From: a virus
Taxonomy: Duplodnaviria; Caudoviricetes
Virus record (IMG/VR): IMGVR_UViG_3300025132_000042
Coordinates: 1-58,481 of that record
Direction: 5' to 3' (one strand)
Length of the DNA stretch: 58,481 bases
Below the pieces are notes generated by a model. The model did no database searches. It was not told where the DNA came from and saw only the letters and a list, made by a program, of their open reading frames with translations. Both the position numbers and the translations under genes were made by a program. Below, piece by piece: positions 18,570 to 26,882 of the stretch. Positions within the stretch are counted from its first letter, which is position 1, and each line of letters opens with the position of its first letter.

Positions 18570-19175
18570 TTATTCAAAATCAAAGCTAACCTTAGCCTCA
18601 ATTTTTAATTCCGGAATTTTTAAATGGTTGGCTAAATTGTGCTTCTTGCATTCGTCAACCTCCAGAAACCAATCAGCATGTCCTTTTTCGTGAACTATGT
18701 CCAAGAAGTAATCTTTGTGGTGGCCACAATTTTCAGCCATCATGTTATATATCTTTTGATTAAGGCGCTCGGTCTCTTCTGCCGACGCTTTTATTTCTTC
18801 CACTTTTCCGCGTTCCATAGAACTTACATCGTGGATCATCACTGTCGCATCGGGGTCCATATATCTCATTCCTTCTGCTCCAAAACTAAACAAAATGGCG
18901 CCGCACGACATCGCCTTTCCTTGAACGATCGTGGCCACTGGAATTCGACTGTGCCTGATATCAGAGATCATAGACATTAGGCTATAAACTTGGCCGCCAT
19001 AACTATCGATTATAATAGGCAGCACGGGCTGGCCGGTGTTTTGTGCCTTGCTGACTAAAGACGAGAATTGTTTCGCTGCGTCCTCATCAAATTTCCGGAC
19101 TCTAATTGTCACCGGCAAGTTATCAATTAGTTTAGGTTCTTTCAATAGCGGGCTAAAATTTGTAATCACATTCAT
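18570..19175 (-). CDS. clpP: ClpP-family protease subunit (copy 1)
   Basis: IIDSYGGQV, GKAMSCG (Ser), VMIHD (His), ADWFL (Asp). Confidence 0.88.
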   Translation of the reverse strand: MNVITNFSPLLKEPKLIDNLPVTIRVRKFDEDAAKQFSSLVSKAQNTGQPVLPIIIDSYGGQVYSLMSMISDIRHSRIPVATIVQGKAMSCGAILFSFGAEGMRYMDPDATVMIHDVSSMERGKVEEIKASAEETERLNQKIYNMMAENCGHHKDYFLDIVHEKGHADWFLEVDECKKHNLANHLKIPELKIEAKVSFDFE

Positions 19176-19589
19176 CTACCAGTCCTCCTTTTGACCAATC
19201 CAGTCTTTATAGTTTTCTTCTCCGCCGCGAGCCTTCCAGTCAGAGTCAATGGTAAGTTTGGAACTAATGCCGCCGCGGGCATTGCATATCATCACTAATC
19301 TCAATCTTTCTGGCTCGTATACTTTCATCATATCCTCAAAGACTACATTAATTAATCTTTCGTATGAATAAATACTACTTCGAAACTGATAAAAGTACTC
19401 CTTCATTGATTTTAGCTCAATAACTTTATCTTTTGGATAAAATGTGATGTACAGCAATGCGAAATCCGGCTGGCCGCGTACGCCCTCAAAGGTTATCTCT
19501 GGTGCCTTTAGCTTTATCTCATAAGCCTCCGAAGACGGATTTGGTATAGATTTTAATATACTGCTATCTGACCATATTTTTCTTTTCAT
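19176..19589 (-). CDS. QueF-like T-fold protein lacking the catalytic Cys
   Basis: PEIT...GQPDFA, IELKSMKEY, RGGIS are QueF hallmarks; the CP motif is replaced. Confidence 0.8.
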   Translation of the reverse strand: MKRKIWSDSSILKSIPNPSSEAYEIKLKAPEITFEGVRGQPDFALLYITFYPKDKVIELKSMKEYFYQFRSSIYSYERLINVVFEDMMKVYEPERLRLVMICNARGGISSKLTIDSDWKARGGEENYKDWIGQKEDW

Positions 19590-19592
19590 TCT

Positions 19593-22500
19593 TTATCCCA
19601 GTAATCTAAACGTTTTGCCAATGGCATATGTTGAAAATCCCCAGTTTTTATCATAGTTTAGTTTAGCCATGTATGGGCGATTAACGTGAATCCTGTCCTT
19701 TTCCGGCTTTACACCCCAGCACCTAATTCTAGTTGACTGGTTGTTTGAGTCGATCACTTCCACAATCCAGTAAAGTTTTCCATTCTTTGTTTTCCGCTCT
19801 GTTATTTTTCTAGGAATGAACCAACAGACTAACAACTCTTCATCAAACTCAGAAATGGGCGGGATGTATTTATCTTGTAGCTTTTGAACCGTTTCAGCCG
19901 ATATCACAAGATTAATCGGAAAAACCCCAGTAAGGTCTGTTTTAAACTGTATCACTTCTTCCTCGGAAAAATCACCCTCTGGGCGGTACAGTTCAACATT
20001 TTCTTTAAACTTTTTCTGGTTCTTGGGCCTATCCACTACACAGGCAGACCAAAAATGCTTTCGGCCCGTGAAGCGATCATCAACAATGCTGTCTAAAGCT
20101 CCGCCGCGACAAAGGGCGTCTAAAGACTTCTTGTTGAGCTTGCTGTATACAATCCCTTCGTTGAATAGAAGTGACTCGATATCAGTGAATGGGCGATGTT
20201 TCAGGACCTGCTCAATCGCCGCCATTCCGAGGCCCTTAATAGATGTCAAAGGTTGAATTAAAGTCTTACCATCATCACTAATCTCCCAGACAGTGCCTGA
20301 TTTATTGATATCCAGCGGGGCAATGTCGAACCCATAGTGTTTAGCAATATTGATAGCTTTTTCTTTCCGGCTTTCTGGCTCTTTATCCAAAAATGCAGCC
20401 ATCCATTCGGCTGGGTAATAATTAAACAGCCAAGCACATTGATATGAGATTATAGAATAGCTAACAGCATGAGATTTATTGAACCCATAGCCGGAGAAAT
20501 ATTCGAATTTATCCCATAGATTTTGTGCCTCATCTTTACCAATACCTTTGCTTGCGCAGCCTATGATAAACTTATCGTGCAGCTTGCTTTTAACGGAGCC
20601 CTTGCCTGTGCCCTTCTTAGTCAAGACCTTGCGTAGCATGTTGCCTTCATCGAGAGTTAGGTTACCAAGCTTGTGGGCTAGCAGCGCGATTTGTTCCTGA
20701 AAAATTAGAAACCCAAATGTTTCCTGAGTGATATCATGAGCATCATCATTCAGATAGCTGATGTAGTGCGGATTTTCTTTTGCTTCTACATAATCTGCAT
20801 CCACACCAGCCGACAGTGGGCCCGGCCGAAAGATAGAGGTAATAGCTGACACATCAATAATATTGTTAGGCTTCGCTCTTACACAAAATTGTTGGGCGCC
20901 TTGTTCCGTGAATTGAAAGATGCCAGCCCACTTCCCGGTATGAAAAATGTTTTCATATATTTTTGGATCGTTCATATCCAGTCGATCTGGGTGTAGCTTT
21001 TCTTCGTAATAATCTCTTATTTGTGAAAAGGTGGGATTTTCAACCCCATGGTGGCGCTTTAAGATATGATAAATTGCACCTTCCATCATTTTCAAAGTAG
21101 ACAAGCCAAGTAAGTCGAACTTAATAAACCCCATGGGCTCAAGATGTCGGACGTTTTGGCCCTCAGCCCAAGGTGCCTGTCGTACGCCACCCGAGTTGAT
21201 CAAAGGCATACTGGTATCAAGATTCTCTGCAATAACAACGCCGCCGGCATGACGGGAGCAAGAGCGAACTTGCCCAACAAGACCCTCAACGTGTGTTTTT
21301 ACCTCTGGGTATTTGTTGAGATACGCGCGCAGCGTAGGCGAATATTCCATCACCTCTTCCCATGTTGGAACATAGACGCCGGCTTTGATTCCATGCTTTT
21401 GCTTCGCCTCCGGTGTGGCCTCTCTAATCATAATAGATGTGACCGTATTGACTTCAGTAAATGGGATATTGTATAGTTTTGAAATGTCCTTGATTAAACT
21501 TTTCAGTTGCAACGTGTTCCAGTTAGATATTGGTGCCACGCAATCTTCGCCCCACATTTCGACTAACTTTTCTTTTAGTGACATGCTATCGGAAACATCG
21601 TAATCAATATCAGGATAATCTGTGGCATCAGATCTTAAAAACCGAGAGAACAGCAAGTCATACTTGATCGGGTCAACTTGCGTAATGTTTAGTGCGTAAG
21701 CCACCAACGAACCAGCGGCCGAACCGCGGCCCGGGCCTGTGAGCATCATATCAGTTGCAACATCTACGATAGATTTCATGGTAAGGAAGTATTTGGAAAA
21801 TCCCCGATCATCGATTACATTCAACTCAAGTCGCAAGCGGTCTGTGTATTCCTTGTTGGTGTGGAGGCCCTTATCTTTCAGACCTTCAAGTGCAAAATTT
21901 ACCAACGCTTGTGTGGCCGTAAAGCCGGCGGGTACCACAAATTCGGGGAGGCGGACTGTATTGTCGGGCAGGAATGACTCGATACGCTCGAAAGCGATCC
22001 GGTGAGACTCCTCAATACTTTTCAAGACTACCTCGTCATCATACTCAAACCCCGTGGATTGCGAGTACTCCTTGTAGCTTTCCCAGATCTGGTCACCATT
22101 TTTTGGATACAACTCGTACCCGATCTCTTCGACCCCTTCCGGCAGTTGAGATTCTTCCTCGGCCCACGAGGGACGTCCCTTGCCAAGCCAACCAAGACGT
22201 TTATAAAGCTCTCTGTCTTTCCAAGCGTCGGGATTGGGGTAATGGCTATCGGCTGTAGTGACCAGTCTAACGCCAAACTCTTGAGCAACCTGAATCACAT
22301 ATTGATTAAGTTCATGCTGCTCGCTAATGTTATTCCATTGTACTTCGGCATACCAGCGATCACCGAAAATATCGACCATGCGTTGTGTGGATTCGCGCAT
22401 TGCACCCAGTACTGCATCATCGCCGGCTTCTCGGTTCTCCCAATAGTTTCCGGCATACACGCCGCCAAGACAAGCGGAAGAAGCAATAATACCCTCGTTG

Positions 22501-23024
22501 TATTTCTTAAGAAGTGCATAGTCAATACGTGGGTATCGATAAAAATTCTCTGGCTGGTAGGACTCTGATACCAGTTTAAATAGGTTGTTCAGGCCTGTTT
22601 GGTTTTGTGCCAGCAAAACAAGGTGTCTGCGGCGGCGTAAAATATCTTGAGTTTTCTTAGAGGCACCTTCGTCCTCAACGGTTGCACCGGATGCTGCCGC
22701 GGCCTTTGCAGAACGGGCGCGCTTCTTATCCTCCATAGCAGCAGTGTATTCTTCTTTCCATTCACTTATAGATGGTATAAAATATGCCTCGCAACCAAAA
22801 ATAGGTTTAAAGTTGCGGCCGCTCTCCTTCATCTTTTTGGCATGTAAAACCTGATATGCTAGTCCGTTCATGTTCCCATGATCGGTTAGTGCCAAAGCAT
22901 CGCACCCATTTTCATAGGCAAAATCCATATGTGCCTGTGGGTACCCAATTGCGTCGAAAATAGAGCCGGCTACACTATGGGCATGCAGTCCAACAAACTT
23001 AATCTTAGAATCCTTTCGGTTCAT
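19593..23024 (-). CDS. dnaE: DNA polymerase III alpha subunit (family C)
   Basis: PHP domain LHAHS/ALTDHG, GRGSAAGSLVAY, YPDIDYD, RHAGGVVI, KFDLLGL, YGFNKSHA. Confidence 0.96.
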   Translation of the reverse strand: MNRKDSKIKFVGLHAHSVAGSIFDAIGYPQAHMDFAYENGCDALALTDHGNMNGLAYQVLHAKKMKESGRNFKPIFGCEAYFIPSISEWKEEYTAAMEDKKRARSAKAAAASGATVEDEGASKKTQDILRRRRHLVLLAQNQTGLNNLFKLVSESYQPENFYRYPRIDYALLKKYNEGIIASSACLGGVYAGNYWENREAGDDAVLGAMRESTQRMVDIFGDRWYAEVQWNNISEQHELNQYVIQVAQEFGVRLVTTADSHYPNPDAWKDRELYKRLGWLGKGRPSWAEEESQLPEGVEEIGYELYPKNGDQIWESYKEYSQSTGFEYDDEVVLKSIEESHRIAFERIESFLPDNTVRLPEFVVPAGFTATQALVNFALEGLKDKGLHTNKEYTDRLRLELNVIDDRGFSKYFLTMKSIVDVATDMMLTGPGRGSAAGSLVAYALNITQVDPIKYDLLFSRFLRSDATDYPDIDYDVSDSMSLKEKLVEMWGEDCVAPISNWNTLQLKSLIKDISKLYNIPFTEVNTVTSIMIREATPEAKQKHGIKAGVYVPTWEEVMEYSPTLRAYLNKYPEVKTHVEGLVGQVRSCSRHAGGVVIAENLDTSMPLINSGGVRQAPWAEGQNVRHLEPMGFIKFDLLGLSTLKMMEGAIYHILKRHHGVENPTFSQIRDYYEEKLHPDRLDMNDPKIYENIFHTGKWAGIFQFTEQGAQQFCVRAKPNNIIDVSAITSIFRPGPLSAGVDADYVEAKENPHYISYLNDDAHDITQETFGFLIFQEQIALLAHKLGNLTLDEGNMLRKVLTKKGTGKGSVKSKLHDKFIIGCASKGIGKDEAQNLWDKFEYFSGYGFNKSHAVSYSIISYQCAWLFNYYPAEWMAAFLDKEPESRKEKAINIAKHYGFDIAPLDINKSGTVWEISDDGKTLIQPLTSIKGLGMAAIEQVLKHRPFTDIESLLFNEGIVYSKLNKKSLDALCRGGALDSIVDDRFTGRKHFWSACVVDRPKNQKKFKENVELYRPEGDFSEEEVIQFKTDLTGVFPINLVISAETVQKLQDKYIPPISEFDEELLVCWFIPRKITERKTKNGKLYWIVEVIDSNNQSTRIRCWGVKPEKDRIHVNRPYMAKLNYDKNWGFSTYAIGKTFRLLG

Positions 23025-23900
23025 CTAATCCTCCTTATATGGTATCATAACATGTCTATGGGTGGCCGTCAAGGCCTTTGGCGGTGTTTCTATGGAATTA
23101 GGCGATCCAAGAAAATCGCAATATCCGCTCCAAGTAGAAATATCGCAATACCAATCGACACATACATTAAGAGCCTCTTCATCGTGAATCTCACCAAATA
23201 TGTCTTTTAATTCGAAATGGCGGGCTGACCATCGTTGTTCTATTCCCAGCCTTTCTGAAGGGTATTTTTCGTGTGCTGGGGGGGACAAAAATTCCTTTGT
23301 GGTCTTTTTGTTTATTTGTCTTCGACATCTTTTAAAATCTTCTCCTGTCATTGTAAATGGCAGAGGCACACTGTCTTTAACATTTTTACCATCGTGGGAT
23401 AGGAATAAATTGTTTATTCTAGACGAAATTGCTTGCCTATGTTCCCTCAATACATATATATCATAAGTTGACATGGGGAATGATATGAAATATTTTTCTG
23501 GGACCAGCCAGTGTGAAATATTGTATGCCACACGCCAAGCAGAATGTATACCATGTAAAATTGACCACCCATAAGAATCGCGGCGATCGCGGTCTTTGGG
23601 GTGAATCGGAACGTAATAAATAGGTATCTCTTTCCTTTCCTGCGATTTAAATTTAGACATTCTATTGTAGTACACTGGGTCATACACCCAATCACCCACA
23701 ACCTCTCTAATTATCGGAGCCACATCATCATTAGCAACAATCCAAATAGTGTTGCACCCAGCTAAGGCACATTCAAAAACTGATTTTTGAATCGCAGTAA
23801 AGCTGCTACCTATCGGCAACAAAACCTCCGGGGTCTTTAGCTCAAATTCAGTCTTAAGATTGGCTAGCGGTATTATGCCGGCTAAGTGTATGTTCTTCAT
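23025..23900 (-). CDS. sugar-phosphate nucleotidyltransferase-like protein (degenerate)
   Basis: AGIIPLA...PEVLLPIG...AGCNTIWIV and DISTWSGY follow the NTP-transferase layout, but GxGTR is absent. Confidence 0.55.
   Translation of the reverse strand: MKNIHLAGIIPLANLKTEFELKTPEVLLPIGSSFTAIQKSVFECALAGCNTIWIVANDDVAPIIREVVGDWVYDPVYYNRMSKFKSQERKEIPIYYVPIHPKDRDRRDSYGWSILHGIHSAWRVAYNISHWLVPEKYFISFPMSTYDIYVLREHRQAISSRINNLFLSHDGKNVKDSVPLPFTMTGEDFKRCRRQINKKTTKEFLSPPAHEKYPSERLGIEQRWSARHFELKDIFGEIHDEEALNVCVDWYCDISTWSGYCDFLGSPNSIETPPKALTATHRHVMIPYKED
23044..23072 (-). promoter_or_regulatory. sigma-70 promoter for dnaE, embedded in the upstream gene end
   Basis: TTGACG-N17-TATGAT. Confidence 0.65.
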
Positions 23901-24774
23901 AATTGCTTAAAAATCTATCGTAGGCCAAACAAGACGATGATAAATCTTGTAGCAAAGATTGTTCACTCTTTTCGCCAATCTCAATCTTGTCGGAGTTCGA
24001 CACACATTCATACTTTGGTTCACAGATTTCTCGTCTAATGTTTGAAGTTTTATGTTTGTAATATTTCGGTCTTCCTGTCTTGGAGTATCCATTAAAAGTT
24101 CCTTTCATTCCTCTTGATTCCATTTCGTGAACCAGTTTAAATCTTGCCATTGTTTCTGAAAAATTAAAGTCAGTGGCTGCAGCAGATTCGACAACAGATT
24201 TAACGCACGCATCTTTTACTTTAGTGTTGCCATCGATCCTATCTGATGGGTAAAACCACACCTCAGACACAAACTTGTCTCCCGTACTCAAATAGTCAAT
24301 TTCGTGCATACCACCTTTGTGAAACGCTACCCAATCATAACACACATGGTGGTCATTTGCAAGGCTTTTTATTATATCTAGATTGGCGATGTCACCATCA
24401 AAGTATATACATTTTTCAAAATTAACCTCTGCTATTTTTGAGTATTGGTTGGAGCACGTAATTTTTTCTCCGTCATATCTCATAGAGGTACACAAATTTG
24501 ACAAAGGAACATTGCCATCTAACGACAGTAAAAAAAGCAGCCTTTCCCATAACAACTCTTTAGGGTGTCCTACCATTTTTGCATCACCAAACGTCGTTAA
24601 ACTTTGCGGTGCCGGTGGCAGCTGCAGATACGATAAATCCACATCTGGCCCAAAGTGCTCAAACATAAAGGGTCTCTTGGTTTCTGAGAAAAATATCGGA
24701 TACTGATTTTTGAATGCGTACATAACCGCGACCAAAGAGCTTCCCAAAACAATATTTTTGTATTCAAAATTCAA
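23854..24774 (-). CDS. hypothetical protein with degenerate Rossmann-like N-terminus
   Basis: NIVLGSSLVAVMYA resembles the FAD-binding beta-alpha start. Confidence 0.55.
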   Translation of the reverse strand: MNFEYKNIVLGSSLVAVMYAFKNQYPIFFSETKRPFMFEHFGPDVDLSYLQLPPAPQSLTTFGDAKMVGHPKELLWERLLFLLSLDGNVPLSNLCTSMRYDGEKITCSNQYSKIAEVNFEKCIYFDGDIANLDIIKSLANDHHVCYDWVAFHKGGMHEIDYLSTGDKFVSEVWFYPSDRIDGNTKVKDACVKSVVESAAATDFNFSETMARFKLVHEMESRGMKGTFNGYSKTGRPKYYKHKTSNIRREICEPKYECVSNSDKIEIGEKSEQSLLQDLSSSCLAYDRFLSNYEEHTLSRHNTASQS

Positions 24775-24789
24775 TTTTCTTTTTAATCT

Positions 24790-24818
24790 ATTATACCTGA
24801 TGACTTATCGGCTGTCAA
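24790..24818 (-). promoter_or_regulatory. sigma-70 promoter
   Basis: TTGACA-N17-TATAAT, perfect consensus. Confidence 0.85.
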
Positions 24819-25352
24819 CTATTTCTTCAGACCTTTCGAACCATAACCTCCTAAAAACCAGTTGGAGTTCATCATGTGGAATTTTTGATTATAGTGACTC
24901 CACCCGAAAGCGTGGCCTATTTCATGCTCCAGCACACGCTGCTTTCTAGCATTCCGAGGGGTTATAAAGATTTTTGCTTTTATTATAAAGCCGCTCTTAG
25001 TGTGAGTGTAAATCTTGGTGGCTGCCATGTGACTCGGGTCTAGTGTGCCGTCTGGCAAGGTTATCATTATTTCCCCATATCTGGGGTTCAAACATATCGG
25101 AGACGAGTCAACATAAATACTGTCGAACCTGTAGCCTAATTTTTCCCAGTACCTGCTAGCCTGCATGACTCTGAAATAATCTATTCCGGTGTCTTTGCAT
25201 ATCCTAAGCGAAGGGGGTGTCTCCCAAATAGCTTTTTGGTGTGGTGGCCCTATGACGAATGTTTGTAGTGCGACTGGCGCACTGACCCTCAGCACAGTGT
25301 GACTTGAAGCTAGTGCCGGCAGGCAAGCTAGCCAAAACAATAATATCCCCAT
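24819..25352 (-). CDS. secreted matrixin-like (metzincin) zinc metalloprotease
   Basis: Signal peptide; HEIGHAFGWSH = HExxHxxGxxH, followed by a Met-turn. Confidence 0.85.
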   Translation of the reverse strand: MGILLFWLACLPALASSHTVLRVSAPVALQTFVIGPPHQKAIWETPPSLRICKDTGIDYFRVMQASRYWEKLGYRFDSIYVDSSPICLNPRYGEIMITLPDGTLDPSHMAATKIYTHTKSGFIIKAKIFITPRNARKQRVLEHEIGHAFGWSHYNQKFHMMNSNWFLGGYGSKGLKK

Positions 25353-25384
25353 ACCTTATATAGGTCATGAAGATATTATAGCGC

Positions 25385-26323
25385 TTATTGTGGATAGCTA
25401 TCTATAGGGCAGCTATTTTCTTCTTCTTCTTTCAGATCCTCTAGGATCGATGCGATGTCGAGACCAGCACAATCTATTTTTCTTTTACTTACGTGGTAAT
25501 GACTAACAAACCCACTAAAGTTACCGTAAGCCACATCTTGTTCGTATTTGGTAGATGTTTTGCCAAACTGGTTAGTAGGTGTCTCGTAAGGAATATCCGT
25601 GGCGTTCTTGATGGCTTTCCATAAAGATTTGAGCGCTTCGATCTGTTCTGGGTAAAAGCCAGTGAATTCACTCAATTTAGTTCCATGAACCCACGCATCT
25701 TCTATTATCGGTCGGGGGCCGAAACCATTCTTAACATACCAATCTTGATACTTTGGGTAATACGCATTACTTATTTCAACTCCGATTGACGGCCTGTTCG
25801 TACGTGCACTGCCGGCATGCCATGCAGCGTGCTGGACGTCTAGTGTTTGGTAGATGGTTCCATCATTGTCGATAAGAAAGTGTACGGATATTCCTCGCTT
25901 ATCTAAAATATTTTGGCAAGAGTGCGATGAAAGGCACACATCCCAGTGATTTACAAAATATCTCAATTTTCTCTTGGGGCGCCCCGAATAATCATAAAAA
26001 TGGCCTCGTTTTGCTTCGATGCCGCCCTTTTCAGACCATAAGACAAACTTATCCCAACCGATTGGATAAAAATCGCCGTTATAAACAATATAGTTCGAAT
26101 AATGGCAGTTTGATGGTTTAAAAGAATCTATCTCTGACTGCCTCTCGGTCCACAGCCTTCTAAAAGTCATCGGACCACAAAGACCATCAGCCTTGATTTC
26201 TCGTACTTGCTGCCATTTTTTAATAGCGCGCACAAGCTTGTCATCAAAATATTTTTCGCCAAACCAACTGGGCTCCCAACCTAATTTTTTGGCGGAAGCC
26301 TCGTTGTAAAAATGTTTATCCAT
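25385..26323 (-). CDS. N-acetylmuramoyl-L-alanine amidase with peptidoglycan-binding domain (endolysin)
   Basis: AIKKWQ...ADGLCGPMT PG-binding motif; SVHFLID.DG.IYQ, AWHAG, SIGVEI, VSHY, KID amidase_2 motifs. Confidence 0.9.
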   Translation of the reverse strand: MDKHFYNEASAKKLGWEPSWFGEKYFDDKLVRAIKKWQQVREIKADGLCGPMTFRRLWTERQSEIDSFKPSNCHYSNYIVYNGDFYPIGWDKFVLWSEKGGIEAKRGHFYDYSGRPKRKLRYFVNHWDVCLSSHSCQNILDKRGISVHFLIDNDGTIYQTLDVQHAAWHAGSARTNRPSIGVEISNAYYPKYQDWYVKNGFGPRPIIEDAWVHGTKLSEFTGFYPEQIEALKSLWKAIKNATDIPYETPTNQFGKTSTKYEQDVAYGNFSGFVSHYHVSKRKIDCAGLDIASILEDLKEEEENSCPIDSYPQ

Positions 26324-26360
26324 CCTGCTGCCTACTCTTCGCTATATTGGGTGCAACTTT

Positions 26361-26630
26361 TCAATCTTCTAGAATGCCCAAAATATAGTTTTCTAATATA
26401 ACATTATAAATAGTATGACCAACATAAATTTCCTCGATCATTGAGCGATCGACCACTATTTGCGTATTTTTTGTGAGCTGGTATTTAGAATCTTCAGCTG
26501 CAGCCAATACGGATACTACCGCGTGGGTACTATTCTTTGGCTGATAGCTTTCTGGCAAAATCACTAATGATTCTGTATCGTTTTCTAGTGGCATTTCAAT
26601 CAAAAGATGCCTATTGACGGGCTTGAACAC
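26361..26630 (-). CDS. groES: GroES-like co-chaperonin
   Basis: MFKPVNRHLLIE...VILPES...VILENYILGIL. Confidence 0.75.
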   Translation of the reverse strand: MFKPVNRHLLIEMPLENDTESLVILPESYQPKNSTHAVVSVLAAAEDSKYQLTKNTQIVVDRSMIEEIYVGHTIYNVILENYILGILED

Positions 26631-26871
26631 GTTTTCTCTCCTTGTTAATTTGTCTGGTTAGTATTTCCTCTTGATTTTTAAATTGTTCAGAGGTTAAAAA
26701 TACATCTTCTATTCTACCACAGTTTCTGCAGCATAGTGTAACATTTACATTATTACCTATCATAGAGCGTATATTGCCCGTGGGTACCCAATAGCAACTT
26801 TGGCTTTCATTTGGATACTTTCTGCATTTTTGCTTTATTTGTTTACCATCCAAGAGATGACTAAAGTTCAT
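26611..26871 (-). CDS. hypothetical Cys-containing protein
   Basis: ATG at 26871 after AAGGAG; CCRNC motif. Confidence 0.6.
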   Translation of the reverse strand: MNFSHLLDGKQIKQKCRKYPNESQSCYWVPTGNIRSMIGNNVNVTLCCRNCGRIEDVFLTSEQFKNQEEILTRQINKERKRVQARQ

Positions 26872-26882
26872 TTTTTCTCCTT

